A DNA stretch of 64,000 nucleotides from Candidatus Bathyarchaeota archaeon (GCA_963828195.1 CAWHDT010000009.1:32001-96000); one strand, 5' to 3'. Shown: positions 48,356-59,165, counted from the first letter of the stretch. The notes: generated by a model from the sequence alone, not told the origin. Numbers and translations: made by a program.

Positions 48356-48460
48356 CCCTAAACCAGAAAAACAACCGAAAACAAACCCTGACCAGCACCC
48401 GCCTGCCCATAGACCTACCTAGTATTTGCGTCAAAAAACCGCCACAAATATGGCATGCAG
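48356..48460. repeat. Copy of the dispersed element, left modules
   Basis: CCCTAAAC..CAAACCCTGA..TAGACCTAC..CTAGTATTTG..CGCCACAAATATGGCATGCAG matches 675-791. Confidence 0.8.
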
Positions 48461-48483
48461 TCACAAACCCATAGCTTTGTTTC

Positions 48484-48987
48484 TTATTCGGTTAGGGTTT
48501 TGGTGTAGTCCCAGATTTTGTCGCCGACGTAATGCAGTGTTTTTACTATGGGCCCTTTTTTGGTGGCTTTGGCGGTTTCTGCGTCGAGGAGGCTTTCGCC
48601 CAGCGCCAGGGATTTGCCAAACTTCACATCCACCACAATGACGAGGTCGCCTTTGCCGAATTCCCCTTCGATGCGCACGATGCCCGGAGCCATCACTGTT
48701 GCGCCCTTGCACACGTAGGGGACGGCGCCCATGTCAACCACGATTTTTGGGGCTTTGGCGGTGAACTCGGTGAAGTGCAGTGTGGGCAGGACTTCGCCGT
48801 TGCCTTTGAAGAGGAGCGGTTTTCCGCCGAGGAGGTAGACTTCCCCAACTTCGGATTCTGCGACTTCCACGGTTGTTTTGCCGCCGAAAAGTGAGTTTAG
48901 GTCAAGTTTTATTTTTGTTGAAGCTTCGGTTAGGATTTGTTTTGCTTCTTTTTCTTTTATGGGGTATCTTCGTTGTTTTGTTGGCAT
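48484..48987 (-). CDS. PUA-domain RNA-binding protein (MCT-1/Tma20-like)
   Basis: PTL..IVVDMGAVPYVCKGATVMAPGI..LHYVGDKIW. Confidence 0.9.
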   Translation of the reverse strand: MPTKQRRYPIKEKEAKQILTEASTKIKLDLNSLFGGKTTVEVAESEVGEVYLLGGKPLLFKGNGEVLPTLHFTEFTAKAPKIVVDMGAVPYVCKGATVMAPGIVRIEGEFGKGDLVIVVDVKFGKSLALGESLLDAETAKATKKGPIVKTLHYVGDKIWDYTKTLTE

Positions 48988-49277
48988 AGGTTCTCTTGGG
49001 TAAGTCACTGCAGGCATGAAATTTAACTTTGCTCTCGGTTAGCTGCCTGTGTCTTGGCGTCAAAATAGACTCCGAACCCGATTTCCACAACTAAACAGCC
49101 GTAAACCCAATCATTAAGCAAAAACAAATCACGCTGAAAAACAAACCCCAAACATAAGCAGCCACCCATAAAAGTCTGTCTTGCGATAAATGTTTTAAGG
49201 CTATATATTGAATATAAGAAAATGTTAAATACGCATATAGAAATACGCTATAAAAATCAAATTGCAGAGAAATCCGT

Positions 49278-50981
49278 ATGCTTGCTTACGAACTTTATTT
49301 AAAGAATAGAGAAAGCACAGCAGAGTATGTGAAAACAAAAGTCTCGATTAAGAAAGTGTTTGTCAAGGTTGATGATAACGTAACTCTCCAACTGGATTCC
49401 AAAACTTTAGAACACTACGGGGAAAGTTTAAGCCAAAATGATAAGAATTTTTATTTTCAACGGTCGCTTTCTATGCCCTCAAATAACCTTTCATCTGTTG
49501 GTCTTCCTTATAGGGGAACTGGGGCTGCCGCTAAGAAACCGTATGTAGAGTTTTATGGCAACTACAAAAAAGGCAAGTTGACAATCTCTCTTCAAGGTGA
49601 AGCAGGTAAAGATGGCAAACAGAAGTATGAATACCTATTTGACTTCGTAAATGGCAAAGAAGTTGCTATAGTTTCGGTTGATTATCTGGTTTTAAGGCTT
49701 GATAAGAAAAGCTATTTTGTTGGCGATAAGCTGCTTTTTGATTTCTACAAAGAAGCGGGAGTCATTGACGCAGAAGGCGCGTTGTCGTCCAAGGTGTTTC
49801 TTGAAGTTTGCAAAGCCTTCTCTTTGTTATGGAAAGAGAAAATAGTGTATGAAGAGCTCAAGGAGTTCAGCAGTTTTTCTTTTCTTATAGTTTTATTGCC
49901 TTTTTCGCTTATGTCTGATGGAAAAGTTGAGTATCATTGCGAAAAAGCTGCTGACTGCCCCGGCGAAGAGTTTCAGGATTCTTTTGGGAACCCTGCAACC
50001 GGTTATCCCTCAAAAGCGACCATAAATGCCAAGTTTATTTCTTTTGACGATGAAGCTTTCACTATCAATTGCAAAACAGGTAAAGAATTCTACTAGAATC
50101 TAGGTATAGGAGACCAATCTTTTCTTAAGATTAATTTACCCAGCACAATGCAGGGTTTAAACTGGTATTTTTTTGACGTGAACAATCCATTGTTACAATT
50201 TGATGAAAAGCGCTCAGGTATCTATGACCAACTTCTCAGCAACTATCAATTCTTATCCATAGAGGCTGGAAAATCGGCTATTAAGGAATCAGCGATGAAG
50301 ATTATATGCGCTAAAAAGGCGCAGGCCAAGCTTGAGGTATTGCTTGATGAGAATTTGACTTCAGAACAACTGAAGCATATGCTTAGCAGAGCGCAAGATA
50401 ACTTTGCCCGTCATCCAATGGCAATAGAGTCGCTTATAGTAAAAAGAAAAAATGACGTTATATGGACGGACTATATAACCGCAATAAGGCACTTCTTGAA
50501 CGGAACCTTTGTTGACCGCGCCTTTTTGATTCAGCGGTTTACCCTTATCCTTCGGGAAAATCTCCGAGAATGGTTAAAAGGTAACAAGCTGATCAAAAAA
50601 GAAACCGATGACTTTTTCGGTAAATCCCAGTTTTGCTTGAATCTATTAACTAAAAACGAGAGAGGATTAGCTTTGAATAAAAACGAAGAGTATGCATACA
50701 AGGTCGGCGTTATAGCCGGAAAGTACGTGAAGTTTAAACGTGAAAAGAAAGAGGCCAACAATTCAACCAATGACATTTTGACTTATTCCAAGTATGACCG
50801 GGAACGCCTTCGGTTTGTTTATCAGCGGGTCGGCATTGGCGTCTCGCTCTCCAAAGTCAACACCGATGCTATAAGTCAATCAATAAAAAATGAGCTGCCC
50901 AAAGAAGAAATAGATGACACCCAAGCCCATGAAGACTACTCTTACTTCTTCTACAAGGGCGTCTTTGAAAATCTAACTTAA
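49278..50981 (+). pseudogene. cas8b: Type I-B large subunit Cas8b, interrupted by an in-frame TAG at 50094-50096
   Basis: Two ORFs in the same frame separated by one stop; first gene of the cas operon; NAKFISFD and AY..G..AG motifs. Confidence 0.7.
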
Positions 50982-50982
50982 G

Positions 50983-51993
50983 GTGATAAACATGACTGCA
51001 AATCAACAACCCGATTTAAAAAATCTCAAAAAAGAACTCCTGTTCTATTATGAGTCAAGACAGAACCCAAACGGCGACCCTGGCTTTGAAAATCAGCCCC
51101 GCCTGATGCCCGATGGAACCATAATGGTTACTGACGTGCGGATTAAGCGAACAATCCGTGATTACGCAAAAAGCAAGTATGGCGACACTTTATTTGTAGA
51201 CTTCGGGGATGATGGTGGAGCGGTCAAGGCGGATGAGCGAGCAAAAGAAATCCTTGGTGGTAGTCTTAAAGATGCTATAAAGGGCTTAGCTGTTAAGACT
51301 TTTGATGTCCCGTTGTTTGGCGGTTTAGTCACTATTCGAGGCGAAAAAGGTGGCTCTCAGAAGTTGACGGGTCCTGTTCAATTCGCTATAGGTCGAAGCG
51401 TTAATCAGGTTCAAATTTTGAATCCCATGATCACGGGCAGGTTTGTGGGCAAAGAAAAAAAGAGTGAGTCGCAAGATGCCGGCGAGGAACAAAAGCAACA
51501 TAGAACTTTTGGGAAATTTTATGCAGTTGACTATGCTTTGATTAAGATACAGGGAGCCGTGAACCCCTCTAACCTTGGGGAATACTTAGAAGACGCCGCC
51601 GTGGTGGAGAATTTCAAGAAGGCAGAAAGCAAACTGTTCTATAGCCTTTGGGAGGGAACCAACGCCTTAATTACCCGATCCAAGTTCCCGCAGAGAAGCA
51701 TATTCCTCTTGGAGGTAACCTATGACTCCTCAATCTACAATGACCTGCCAGTTTTGGTTGAAGAGGACCCGGCGCTTAAAGGTCGAGCCAACGGCTTAAC
51801 AGATTCCCCGTTAAAGTTCACCAAATTGCTTGAAGCACTCAAAACCCGCAAGGTAAGAGTCAAAAAAGTACGGCTGGCATCCTGCAGAGAACTGCTCAAA
51901 GATACGCAGCAGCTCAAAGCCGACATAGAAGCCATTGGAATTTCAGTTGAATTAGTACCGACTGAAGAGCCTTTGGGGGCAACAGCGAGTTGA
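50983..51993 (+). CDS. cas7: Cas7 (Csh2/Cas7b)
   Basis: NPNGDP..NQPR..VTDVRIKRTIRDY, DV.LFG, TGPVQF. Confidence 0.92.
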   Translation: MINMTANQQPDLKNLKKELLFYYESRQNPNGDPGFENQPRLMPDGTIMVTDVRIKRTIRDYAKSKYGDTLFVDFGDDGGAVKADERAKEILGGSLKDAIKGLAVKTFDVPLFGGLVTIRGEKGGSQKLTGPVQFAIGRSVNQVQILNPMITGRFVGKEKKSESQDAGEEQKQHRTFGKFYAVDYALIKIQGAVNPSNLGEYLEDAAVVENFKKAESKLFYSLWEGTNALITRSKFPQRSIFLLEVTYDSSIYNDLPVLVEEDPALKGRANGLTDSPLKFTKLLEALKTRKVRVKKVRLASCRELLKDTQQLKADIEAIGISVELVPTEEPLGATAS

Positions 51994-52748
51994 GTATTGT
52001 CTCCTTCGACCTTGAAGGAGACTTTGCAGCCTTCAAAGACCCCTCGGTGACAACCAACCAGACGGTAACTGTCATACCGTCAAAGAGCGCACTAATAGGC
52101 TTATTAGGTGCTTTGCTTGGAGTCAAACGGTCCAACTCTTTTGACCGCCTATACAGCGAAGACTATCTTGAACTGTTTCAGAAAACCGCTATAGGCATTA
52201 GAGTTCGGAACCAAGCGACTAAATGCACCTTTTTTACTAACCACCGCTCACTCAAAGAAGCCAAAACTAAACCCTACAAAACCGAGCTACTGGTTAACCC
52301 CAAATACACGATTTATGTAAAGTCCACTGATGAGGTGAACAAGGCTTTGCTTGACAGACTCAAAGATAACCGGTTTGTGTTTTCGCCGATGCTTGGACAT
52401 GCGTATTGTCCAGCAAGAATACCTCGTTTTGAAGAGATCCGCGGCGCTAAACAGGTTGAACCAAGAAAATGTCAAGTCTCAACTGTCTTTTTGGATGAAA
52501 TAGTAGAATCACGTGGTGAGGATCCGGGTGTGATGTTTGGAGCTAAATTTGGTAAGGTGATAGTTGAGCGGCACCTGCATCTCTATCTCGAAGACGACCG
52601 CCTCAATAGAATCGTTTTGCGACACTTTATACCAGTCCCTGAAAATGGCGAAGCCTCAATCTTTAAAATTACCTCCTATGAATCCAGATTATCTTTAGCT
52701 AAATTTTTTGCACTTGAAGGTTCCAGTGAAGCGTTATGTCTCTACTAA
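51990..52748 (+). CDS. cas5: Cas5
   Basis: FDLEGDFAAFK.P..T..IPSKSALIGLLGALLG; ELL.NP.Y; P.LG. Confidence 0.92.
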   Translation: MSIVSFDLEGDFAAFKDPSVTTNQTVTVIPSKSALIGLLGALLGVKRSNSFDRLYSEDYLELFQKTAIGIRVRNQATKCTFFTNHRSLKEAKTKPYKTELLVNPKYTIYVKSTDEVNKALLDRLKDNRFVFSPMLGHAYCPARIPRFEEIRGAKQVEPRKCQVSTVFLDEIVESRGEDPGVMFGAKFGKVIVERHLHLYLEDDRLNRIVLRHFIPVPENGEASIFKITSYESRLSLAKFFALEGSSEALCLY

Positions 52749-52757
52749 TTTCATGGT

Positions 52758-55100
52758 TTGACAGGAGAACTGATTTCTATCTTGGATGAATTTTTAGCCC
52801 GACCAAGGGAAAGAGGTTCCCAAAAGATCGATAACAGTGGGTTGCTGGCTCATTCCTTGAATACTGCGCGTAAAGCGCGAGAGCTGGTTTCGGGCATGGG
52901 CATTGAGGACTCAGCATTTTATTCTGGCTTGCTCCATGATGTAGGAAAGCTTAACCCATATTATCAACTTCTCTTCTCCAGTGATCCTTCAAAGCAACAA
53001 GCGGTTAAAAAACAGCTTGACCGAGAATACCTCAGGGCACATGCAATATTTTCAGCGTTGGCAGTGTATGATCTTGCCAATATAGCCGCTTTACCGAAGC
53101 TTGTTCAAAAGCAAATACTCTTTGCTGTAGCAGGGCACCACACTAAACTTAACCAATTCTATAAGAGTCTCGGATATTGTGACCGAAATAAGGAGCGCTT
53201 TGAAAGAAGCTTTAAAGGCACTTACGATAACCTGCTTCGTTTCAGCAAGGACATAAAAGAAATTCAAGAACTCAAAGGACTGGATTGGGATGAATGTCTA
53301 AGCAATTTTCAAGATCAAATAATCCCCATGAGCGAGACTAATTATCGCGGAGATGAAAAGAATTTCGTCGGGGATTTTCTAGGTTTTTCCTCTGTGTATT
53401 CAGCGCTTATTCAAGCCGATCGGGGAAGCTTTTTTGATAGTTTGCGTCAGCCTACTTTTACCATCAGCTTAAACACGGCTGTGCTTGTAAGGGCTGATAG
53501 TACTTTATCCAAGATAAGGATGAGTTTTCAGGAAAGGCTTCTTTTAGAAAACAAGTTTCAAGATAACTTAGTTATTCTAAAAGCGCCCACCGGAATAGGC
53601 AAAACCAAGATTTTTCTTGATGTCGTTAACAAACTCTCACAAAGTCGGCAGTTCGAGAGGGTTTTCTATTTTTCGCCTTTGCTGGCATTAACCGATGATT
53701 TTGAGGGCAAACTCTTTCCAAAAAAGATCGAAAACGTCAGCCTTTTCCAAGGGCATTATAAGCCCTCAGTGCTAAACCAAGTTGATGCAGAAAAAGTGCT
53801 TGTTTATAATCATGCGTTTACCGGCAGTCTGCTTAAGAAGCAGTCAAAGGATTCTGATGCGCCTCTTGATGAGGAAGCTTTAGACCCACAATTTAAAAGA
53901 ACCCCCGAGTATTTTGAGCGCGAATCCTTCAACAAAGAATTAATCATAACCACCACTCAGCGGCTGCTGATGGTGCTCTACTCCAATGAACCCGCCGACA
54001 AAGAGAAGCTTCTTTCGTTTAAGAATTCTTTTCTGATAATCGACGAAGTCCAGACCATACCCAAAGTTATACTTCCAAACTTCATAGCACTGCTTAAGGC
54101 GCTCTCAGCAAAATATAATTCAAGGATACTTCTGGTCAGCGCCACTATACCTGATGAACTGCAGGGTTTACCCAAACTGGCAACCCCAAAAGAGGTCGAG
54201 GACCAATACTTGGAGATGACTACTAAACGGATAGAATATAGAGAGAATGGTTTGGATGCCGAAGAGGTTTCGCTTAAAGCCGATGGACATACACTGGTCA
54301 TGTTCAATACCAGACGTAAAGCCTTAAACTTCTTTGAGAAACTGTATCCTCTTAAGCCCGATGCGTTTTACCTGTCCACTGGTAAAAGAAAGTGTGATAG
54401 AGATCAAATCATCCAAAAAAGACTGCGTGAAAAGCCGCCGGCAACGGTTGTTTCGACGCAGGTTTTGGAGGCTGGCGTGGATGTGAGTTTCAACCGCATG
54501 TACAGGGAAATGGCGCCACTGGATAACATCGTGCAGGCTATGGGGCGACTCAACCGGGAAGGGGAACACAACGATCCTGTGCTCACAGTTTTCCTTGATG
54601 ACGGCGACTATAAGCCCTACAGTCGGCTTGAGGTAGATGAGTCCAAAAAATGGATTCCTAAGCTTAACTCCTCTATTGATCTCTACAATGCGTTGCCTGA
54701 ATATTATAAGACGGTTTCAGCTGAAAACCAGAGTAACAAAAACTTAGCCAAAGAACTAGACGATAAAATGAGAAACCTTAACTTTGATGATGTTTGGGAT
54801 TTCATCAAAAAACATGCTTTGCCAGATCAGCTGGGCGATTCGCTTCTTGTGCCAAGCCCCCAAAAGTGGGAAGAAGTGAAGCGGTTCTTATCTTCGGATT
54901 CAAACAAGGGCCATGGAAAACTCGCTCGGTATGCTAAATTTATGGCTCAGCTGCCCGGCTTCCTTGAGGAAATCGACGGCTTAGAAGCCCTGCTTGATGA
55001 GGAACTGCTTGACAAGGGAATTTTTCTGCCCAAGAAAGAGCACCTCGTCGAGGTATATGATTCTAAGGTGGGGCTGGATAAGTGGGTGAAAAAGAAATGA
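52758..55100 (+). CDS. cas3: Cas3 HD nuclease-helicase
   Basis: H, LHDVGK, HH, QAD; APTGIGKT, DEVQ, SAT, STQVLEAGVD, Q..GR.NR. Confidence 0.95.
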   Translation: MTGELISILDEFLARPRERGSQKIDNSGLLAHSLNTARKARELVSGMGIEDSAFYSGLLHDVGKLNPYYQLLFSSDPSKQQAVKKQLDREYLRAHAIFSALAVYDLANIAALPKLVQKQILFAVAGHHTKLNQFYKSLGYCDRNKERFERSFKGTYDNLLRFSKDIKEIQELKGLDWDECLSNFQDQIIPMSETNYRGDEKNFVGDFLGFSSVYSALIQADRGSFFDSLRQPTFTISLNTAVLVRADSTLSKIRMSFQERLLLENKFQDNLVILKAPTGIGKTKIFLDVVNKLSQSRQFERVFYFSPLLALTDDFEGKLFPKKIENVSLFQGHYKPSVLNQVDAEKVLVYNHAFTGSLLKKQSKDSDAPLDEEALDPQFKRTPEYFERESFNKELIITTTQRLLMVLYSNEPADKEKLLSFKNSFLIIDEVQTIPKVILPNFIALLKALSAKYNSRILLVSATIPDELQGLPKLATPKEVEDQYLEMTTKRIEYRENGLDAEEVSLKADGHTLVMFNTRRKALNFFEKLYPLKPDAFYLSTGKRKCDRDQIIQKRLREKPPATVVSTQVLEAGVDVSFNRMYREMAPLDNIVQAMGRLNREGEHNDPVLTVFLDDGDYKPYSRLEVDESKKWIPKLNSSIDLYNALPEYYKTVSAENQSNKNLAKELDDKMRNLNFDDVWDFIKKHALPDQLGDSLLVPSPQKWEEVKRFLSSDSNKGHGKLARYAKFMAQLPGFLEEIDGLEALLDEELLDKGIFLPKKEHLVEVYDSKVGLDKWVKKK

Positions 55101-55777
55101 GCAAAGAAGCAGACCAGCAGAAGGAGGCAGCGGTTAAAATCTGCAGGGTTAAATTAAATATTTCAGATCCGGAACAAGATTATATTTCCTCGGTTAAGCT
55201 TCGGGGATTCCTTGGCAGCCTCTTTGTCAACGATGCCGAGTTCCATCATCACTCGGAGCGGTCTTATCACTACCCGTTGATCCAGTATAAACGGGTTAAT
55301 GGGGAATTGATGATTCTTGGCCTTCAAGACTACGCCAGTGTTCTTATGAACAAGATGTCGACTGTGGATAGTATTTCCACAGGACGTGGGAGCTTTAAGG
55401 TTGACAGCCAAGAGATTAGTCTATCGACTTGGCGGGTACGCAATACATCCTGCTGCTATGATTTCGCTTCGCCTTGGCTTCCGCTTAACGAGGCTAACTA
55501 CTCTGCCTTTAAGGACTTGGGCGTGGAGAAGAAGAAAGCTTTTTTGGAGAAGATTCTGGTCGGCAACACTTTGAGCTGCCTAAAGGGCTTGGGCATCTTT
55601 GTGGATTACCGCGTTGAATCCTACCTTGTCTCGTTTCGTTCCTTTACTGTGAGGGCTCATGGGAACCCCTTTGAAGCGTTTTCCGCGCGTTTCTTCTCAA
55701 ACATCGATCTCCCCGATTTCATCGGGTTGGGAAAGAGTGTTTCGAAAGGGTTTGGCACGATAAGGCGAGTAACATGA
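55097..55777 (+). CDS. cas6: Cas6 (Cas6b-type) endoribonuclease
   Basis: LRGF..FHHH..YPLIQYK, PWLPLN, GLGKSVSKGFG. Confidence 0.92.
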   Translation: MSKEADQQKEAAVKICRVKLNISDPEQDYISSVKLRGFLGSLFVNDAEFHHHSERSYHYPLIQYKRVNGELMILGLQDYASVLMNKMSTVDSISTGRGSFKVDSQEISLSTWRVRNTSCCYDFASPWLPLNEANYSAFKDLGVEKKKAFLEKILVGNTLSCLKGLGIFVDYRVESYLVSFRSFTVRAHGNPFEAFSARFFSNIDLPDFIGLGKSVSKGFGTIRRVT

Positions 55778-56733
55778 TACTTGAAATAAGCGAGCATGGG
55801 AGCGTTTTAAAAAGAAATCATGACTGTTTCTTGGTCCAAACGCCAACTGATAAGATAGAGATACCTGCGGAAAAAGTCGATGCGATTATGGTCACTGCAA
55901 ACGCTCTGATTAGTACTCAAGCAGTAGCTTTATGCCGAGAGAAAAGTATACAATTAGTTCTGGCAAGCTGGTCAGGCAAACCCTTCGGCAGGTTCTGGGC
56001 CAGCACTCCAGGGCGAGCGACGGAAGTCAGACGAAAGCAATACCTCCATCAAGACTCACCCTTGGCCTTTGAACTCTCCAAGCAAATAGTGCACGGCAAG
56101 CTTAGAGAACAAAAAAAGCTCCTCGTTGATCTAAAAAATAACCGAAAATGTCCAAGCGAAGAAATACAAAAAGCTATTGAAAGCATTAACCGGTCACTTG
56201 TGAATTTGAAATCCCTTGAGTATACGCCTTCTTTTAAGCAGTCGCTTTTGGGCATTGAAGGTTTCGCCGCTTCAGAATATTTCTCGGCAGTATCGCAAGC
56301 TTTGCCTAAAAAATATGCTTTTAAGGAGAGAAGCCGCCAGCCTGCCCGCGATAAATTTAACGCAGTTCTAAATTACGCCTACGGATTGACTTATTCAAAT
56401 ATAGAAAAAGTTATCATTTTAAGTGGATTAGATCCAAATGCCGGAATATACCATGCAGATGCTTATGGGAAGCCAACTTTGGTTTTTGACGTAATAGAGC
56501 TTTTCAGGGCTAAAGTCGATCGGTTAGTGATAAAATTGTTCACTAAAAGAATGGTTAAAGACTCCTGGTTTACGGTTCCGCAACAAGGAGACCCAACAGC
56601 TGGAATTTTCCTCTCAAAAGAAGGGCGAAAGACCATAATTAACGGGTACATGACAGATGTGTCAGCGATGATAGACAAAGGGAGTTGGGTTTACTGCCGA
56701 AAAATTATAGCCAAACTAATTGAAGAGGGTTGA
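55774..56733 (+). CDS. cas1: Cas1
   Basis: LGIEG.AA..YF, R..PA.D.FNA.LNY.YG, GLDP..G.YH, D.IE.FR. Confidence 0.95.
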   Translation: MILEISEHGSVLKRNHDCFLVQTPTDKIEIPAEKVDAIMVTANALISTQAVALCREKSIQLVLASWSGKPFGRFWASTPGRATEVRRKQYLHQDSPLAFELSKQIVHGKLREQKKLLVDLKNNRKCPSEEIQKAIESINRSLVNLKSLEYTPSFKQSLLGIEGFAASEYFSAVSQALPKKYAFKERSRQPARDKFNAVLNYAYGLTYSNIEKVIILSGLDPNAGIYHADAYGKPTLVFDVIELFRAKVDRLVIKLFTKRMVKDSWFTVPQQGDPTAGIFLSKEGRKTIINGYMTDVSAMIDKGSWVYCRKIIAKLIEEG

Positions 56734-56736
56734 TTC

Positions 56737-57033
56737 TTGAAAAAGAACATGTATTATGCTGTGTATGATATTTCCGATGACAAAACACGTTCGCGTGTAG
56801 TTCAGGCTCTCAAAGACATAGGTTTTGTTCGGATTCAGAAAAGCGTTTTTTGTGGTTCTCTTTCGTCTCAGCAGAAAAAGGATTTGGCTGAGAGACTCAA
56901 GCGTATCGCGGGGGAGGATGAGTCTATTTACCTAATTTTAGCCTGCCAGACATGTTTTGGGAAAGTAACTATTATTGGTCACGGCTTCGATAAAGAATAT
57001 GTTGCAAATGACTTGGAGAGCATGGTTCTTTGA
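56737..57033 (+). CDS. cas2: Cas2
   Basis: VYDISDD..R..L...G..RIQKSVF. Confidence 0.95.
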   Translation: MKKNMYYAVYDISDDKTRSRVVQALKDIGFVRIQKSVFCGSLSSQQKKDLAERLKRIAGEDESIYLILACQTCFGKVTIIGHGFDKEYVANDLESMVL

Positions 57034-57623
57034 GTAACTGTTTAACGGTAACAAACGTCGTTGAACATGCATTTTGTCCCCGGTTCACTTATTTCCAGTT
57101 GGTTCTAGGAATTGAGCAGTTAGAGGGAAAACGAGGAACAGTGCTAGCGGGAAGAACTTTTCATAGTAAACACTCAAAGACTAATAAGAGCTATAAAATC
57201 AAAAGATTAACAGGTTTAAAACTGACAGAACTTTTGCTTTACTGCAAAGAATATGGCTTCTCCGGCAAAATTGATGAGGCAATAGAAACAGCCGATGAAG
57301 TCCTTATTATCGAGCGAAAATATTCCGACTATGTGATAATAAGCCAGACAATCAAAACTCAAGTGGGATTACTAGCAATCCTCGCAGAACGGAACTTTAA
57401 GAAAAAAGTGAAAAGAGCGATAATCGTTTTTGACAAAACAAAACGGGTTGAAATCCAAATAAAGATAACGGAAAAGATCAAACAACAAGCTCTAACCGAA
57501 CTTCAGAAAACAAATGCCGTGTTAAGTTCAGGTGTTATTCCTTCTTCTATACATGATAACCGTTGTTTGAATTGTTGCTACCGAAAAATATGTCCTCCGT
57601 CTCCTTCTAGCAGTCATCAATAG
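57030..57623 (+). CDS. cas4: Cas4
   Basis: FCPR, GKID, IERK, C..C.Y...C. Confidence 0.92.
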   Translation: MSNCLTVTNVVEHAFCPRFTYFQLVLGIEQLEGKRGTVLAGRTFHSKHSKTNKSYKIKRLTGLKLTELLLYCKEYGFSGKIDEAIETADEVLIIERKYSDYVIISQTIKTQVGLLAILAERNFKKKVKRAIIVFDKTKRVEIQIKITEKIKQQALTELQKTNAVLSSGVIPSSIHDNRCLNCCYRKICPPSPSSSHQ

Positions 57624-57759
57624 TGCAACTTTCCCTTAGCACATTGAGAAAAAACTGTTTCTTTATATAATCGCCAATAATCGCAAGACCCCAAAAAAAC
57701 AAGTTTTAAAAAGCCATAGAATCTACCTAATGAACGGAATAAAGCCAAATTTATGGGCT
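57624..57759 (+). promoter_or_regulatory. CRISPR leader
   Basis: AT-rich ~135 nt with TTTATATA box between cas4 and the repeat. Confidence 0.65.
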
Positions 57760-57796
57760 GTCCAAAAAGGTGATCCATCAAAACAAGGATTGAATC
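57760..57796 (+). CRISPR. Single 37-bp CRISPR repeat, no spacers
   Basis: GTCCAAAAAGGTGATCCATCAAAACAAGGATTGAATC; length and ATTGAA(A/T)C end fit I-B repeats; no second copy seen in the window. Confidence 0.7.
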
Positions 57797-57820
57797 ATCT
57801 CCAGAAATGCCGCTTAAGAA

Positions 57821-58014
57821 AAAGTCCCAACCGCGAAAAAGTCCCGCCCGTATCCGACAGTAACTTCAACATAGCTTCAACATGCAAAGTCGCATCCCGC
57901 CCATCCCAAAGTCGCAACGAAAAAACGCTTTCAAACCCCAAACCAAAAAAACAACCCAAAACACAAAGACCCAGAGCGGAAAGTCGCAACTTACGCCAGC
58001 CCAAAAGTCGCAAC
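57821..58014 (+). repeat. Six AAAGTCGCAAC-like 11-mers in three pairs
   Basis: Copies at 57821, 57838, 57886, 57908, 57980, 58004. Confidence 0.7.
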
Positions 58015-58112
58015 AAAAAATCTAAACAAACCCCTCTTTCCAAACAAGCCCAGATAGGTTTAAATGGGGAGAGTTCAAGTATAGAAGAGATATAGATTCG
58101 TGAGGATTCCAA

Positions 58113-58340
58113 ATGAGCGAAATGACAACCGAAATTCTTGAGCAGAACCTCAGCAAAATCGTACTTGTACGACTCAAAGGCGGAAAAAGCCTCAGAGGAA
58201 GACTGAAGGGTTTCGACCAGCACCTAAACCTAGTTCTAGAAGAGACAGAAGACACCACAAACATCGAAAACCAAAAGAGACTGGGACTAATCATCGTCCG
58301 CGGAGACAACGTAGTCCTTATTTCACCATCGCCTAGGTGA
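58113..58340 (+). CDS. Lsm/Sm-like archaeal protein
   Basis: [28 protein letters not shown]. Confidence 0.95.
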   Translation: MSEMTTEILEQNLSKIVLVRLKGGKSLRGRLKGFDQHLNLVLEETEDTTNIENQKRLGLIIVRGDNVVLISPSPR

Positions 58341-58345
58341 CCGCC

Positions 58346-58534
58346 ATGGGAAAAGGCACTCCATCAATGGGCAAACGCCAAGGCAAAACGGTCCACATAA
58401 AATGCAGACGCTGCGGAAGACGCGCATATCATGTACGCCACAAACGATGCGCAGCATGCGGCTACGGTGAAACCACAACCATGCGGCACTACACTTGGAT
58501 GCGAAAAACTCTTCAAAGAGTAAGAGTCGTCTAA
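58346..58534 (+). CDS. rpl37e: 50S ribosomal protein L37e
   Basis: [31 protein letters not shown]. Confidence 0.96.
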   Translation: MGKGTPSMGKRQGKTVHIKCRRCGRRAYHVRHKRCAACGYGETTTMRHYTWMRKTLQRVRVV

Positions 58535-58612
58535 TCCTCAAGCCCCACTAGTTTTATTATTAATTTTGACGCTTTCTTAAAAATAATCCCAGCAGTTTCT
58601 CCTGAACTTGGC

Positions 58613-59165
58613 TTATTTCTTTACGTCTTTTTCAGGAAACTTTTCCACTATTTCAGTAATCGTGTTCAAGTTTCGGGTGGTTGCCTTCACTTTTAGTTTG
58701 GCCTCAAGAAAGGGGTTAGGTAACCCTCCTTCGCCGCCGCCGTGGGTCACACCGAAAACCTCGCCGTCCTTCGCTGAAATTATTTGTGCAGTCGATTTCG
58801 GGATAGCCAAAGGCAACTTGAGAGGAAATACCGTGGGCGGGTCAGGCAAGAAACGTTACTAGAAAACTGGTTCCTTCTTTGTTATAGCCTCTGAAGGGTT
58901 CAGACTCGACTAATGCTTGGAGCTGAGGAATTGTACGCACAAACGCTGCCACATCATAACCCAACAGTTCGCGAAGTTTTTTCTCCACTTTTCTCTTAAT
59001 TTCGTTTGGATTTGCCTCGTCAGTTTCGAGGATTATGTTGCCGCTTTGTTTGAAAGTGGAAACGTTTTGGTATCCTAAGCAGATGAATGCTTCCTGCAGC
59101 TTTGCCTTAGCTACAGTGTGGCCGCCGACATTAATCGCACGCAGGAAAACAACAAATCGAGCCAT
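58613..59165 (-). pseudogene. DUF1697 family protein with +1 frameshift near 58850
   Basis: FLRAINVGG..LG..NV.T..QSGN; second frame ends ATTRNLNT. Confidence 0.75.

Noticed and set aside
48458-48465. CAGTCACA half-site
   Set aside because: Formed at the edge of the dispersed repeat; no left half or TATA
57821-58014. 11-mers interpreted as a degenerate CRISPR array
   Set aside because: Too short, irregular spacing, unrelated to the 37-bp repeat (kept as a separate finding)
57730-58309. ORFs over the CRISPR repeat and antisense to lsm
   Set aside because: Low-complexity or shadow frames with no protein features
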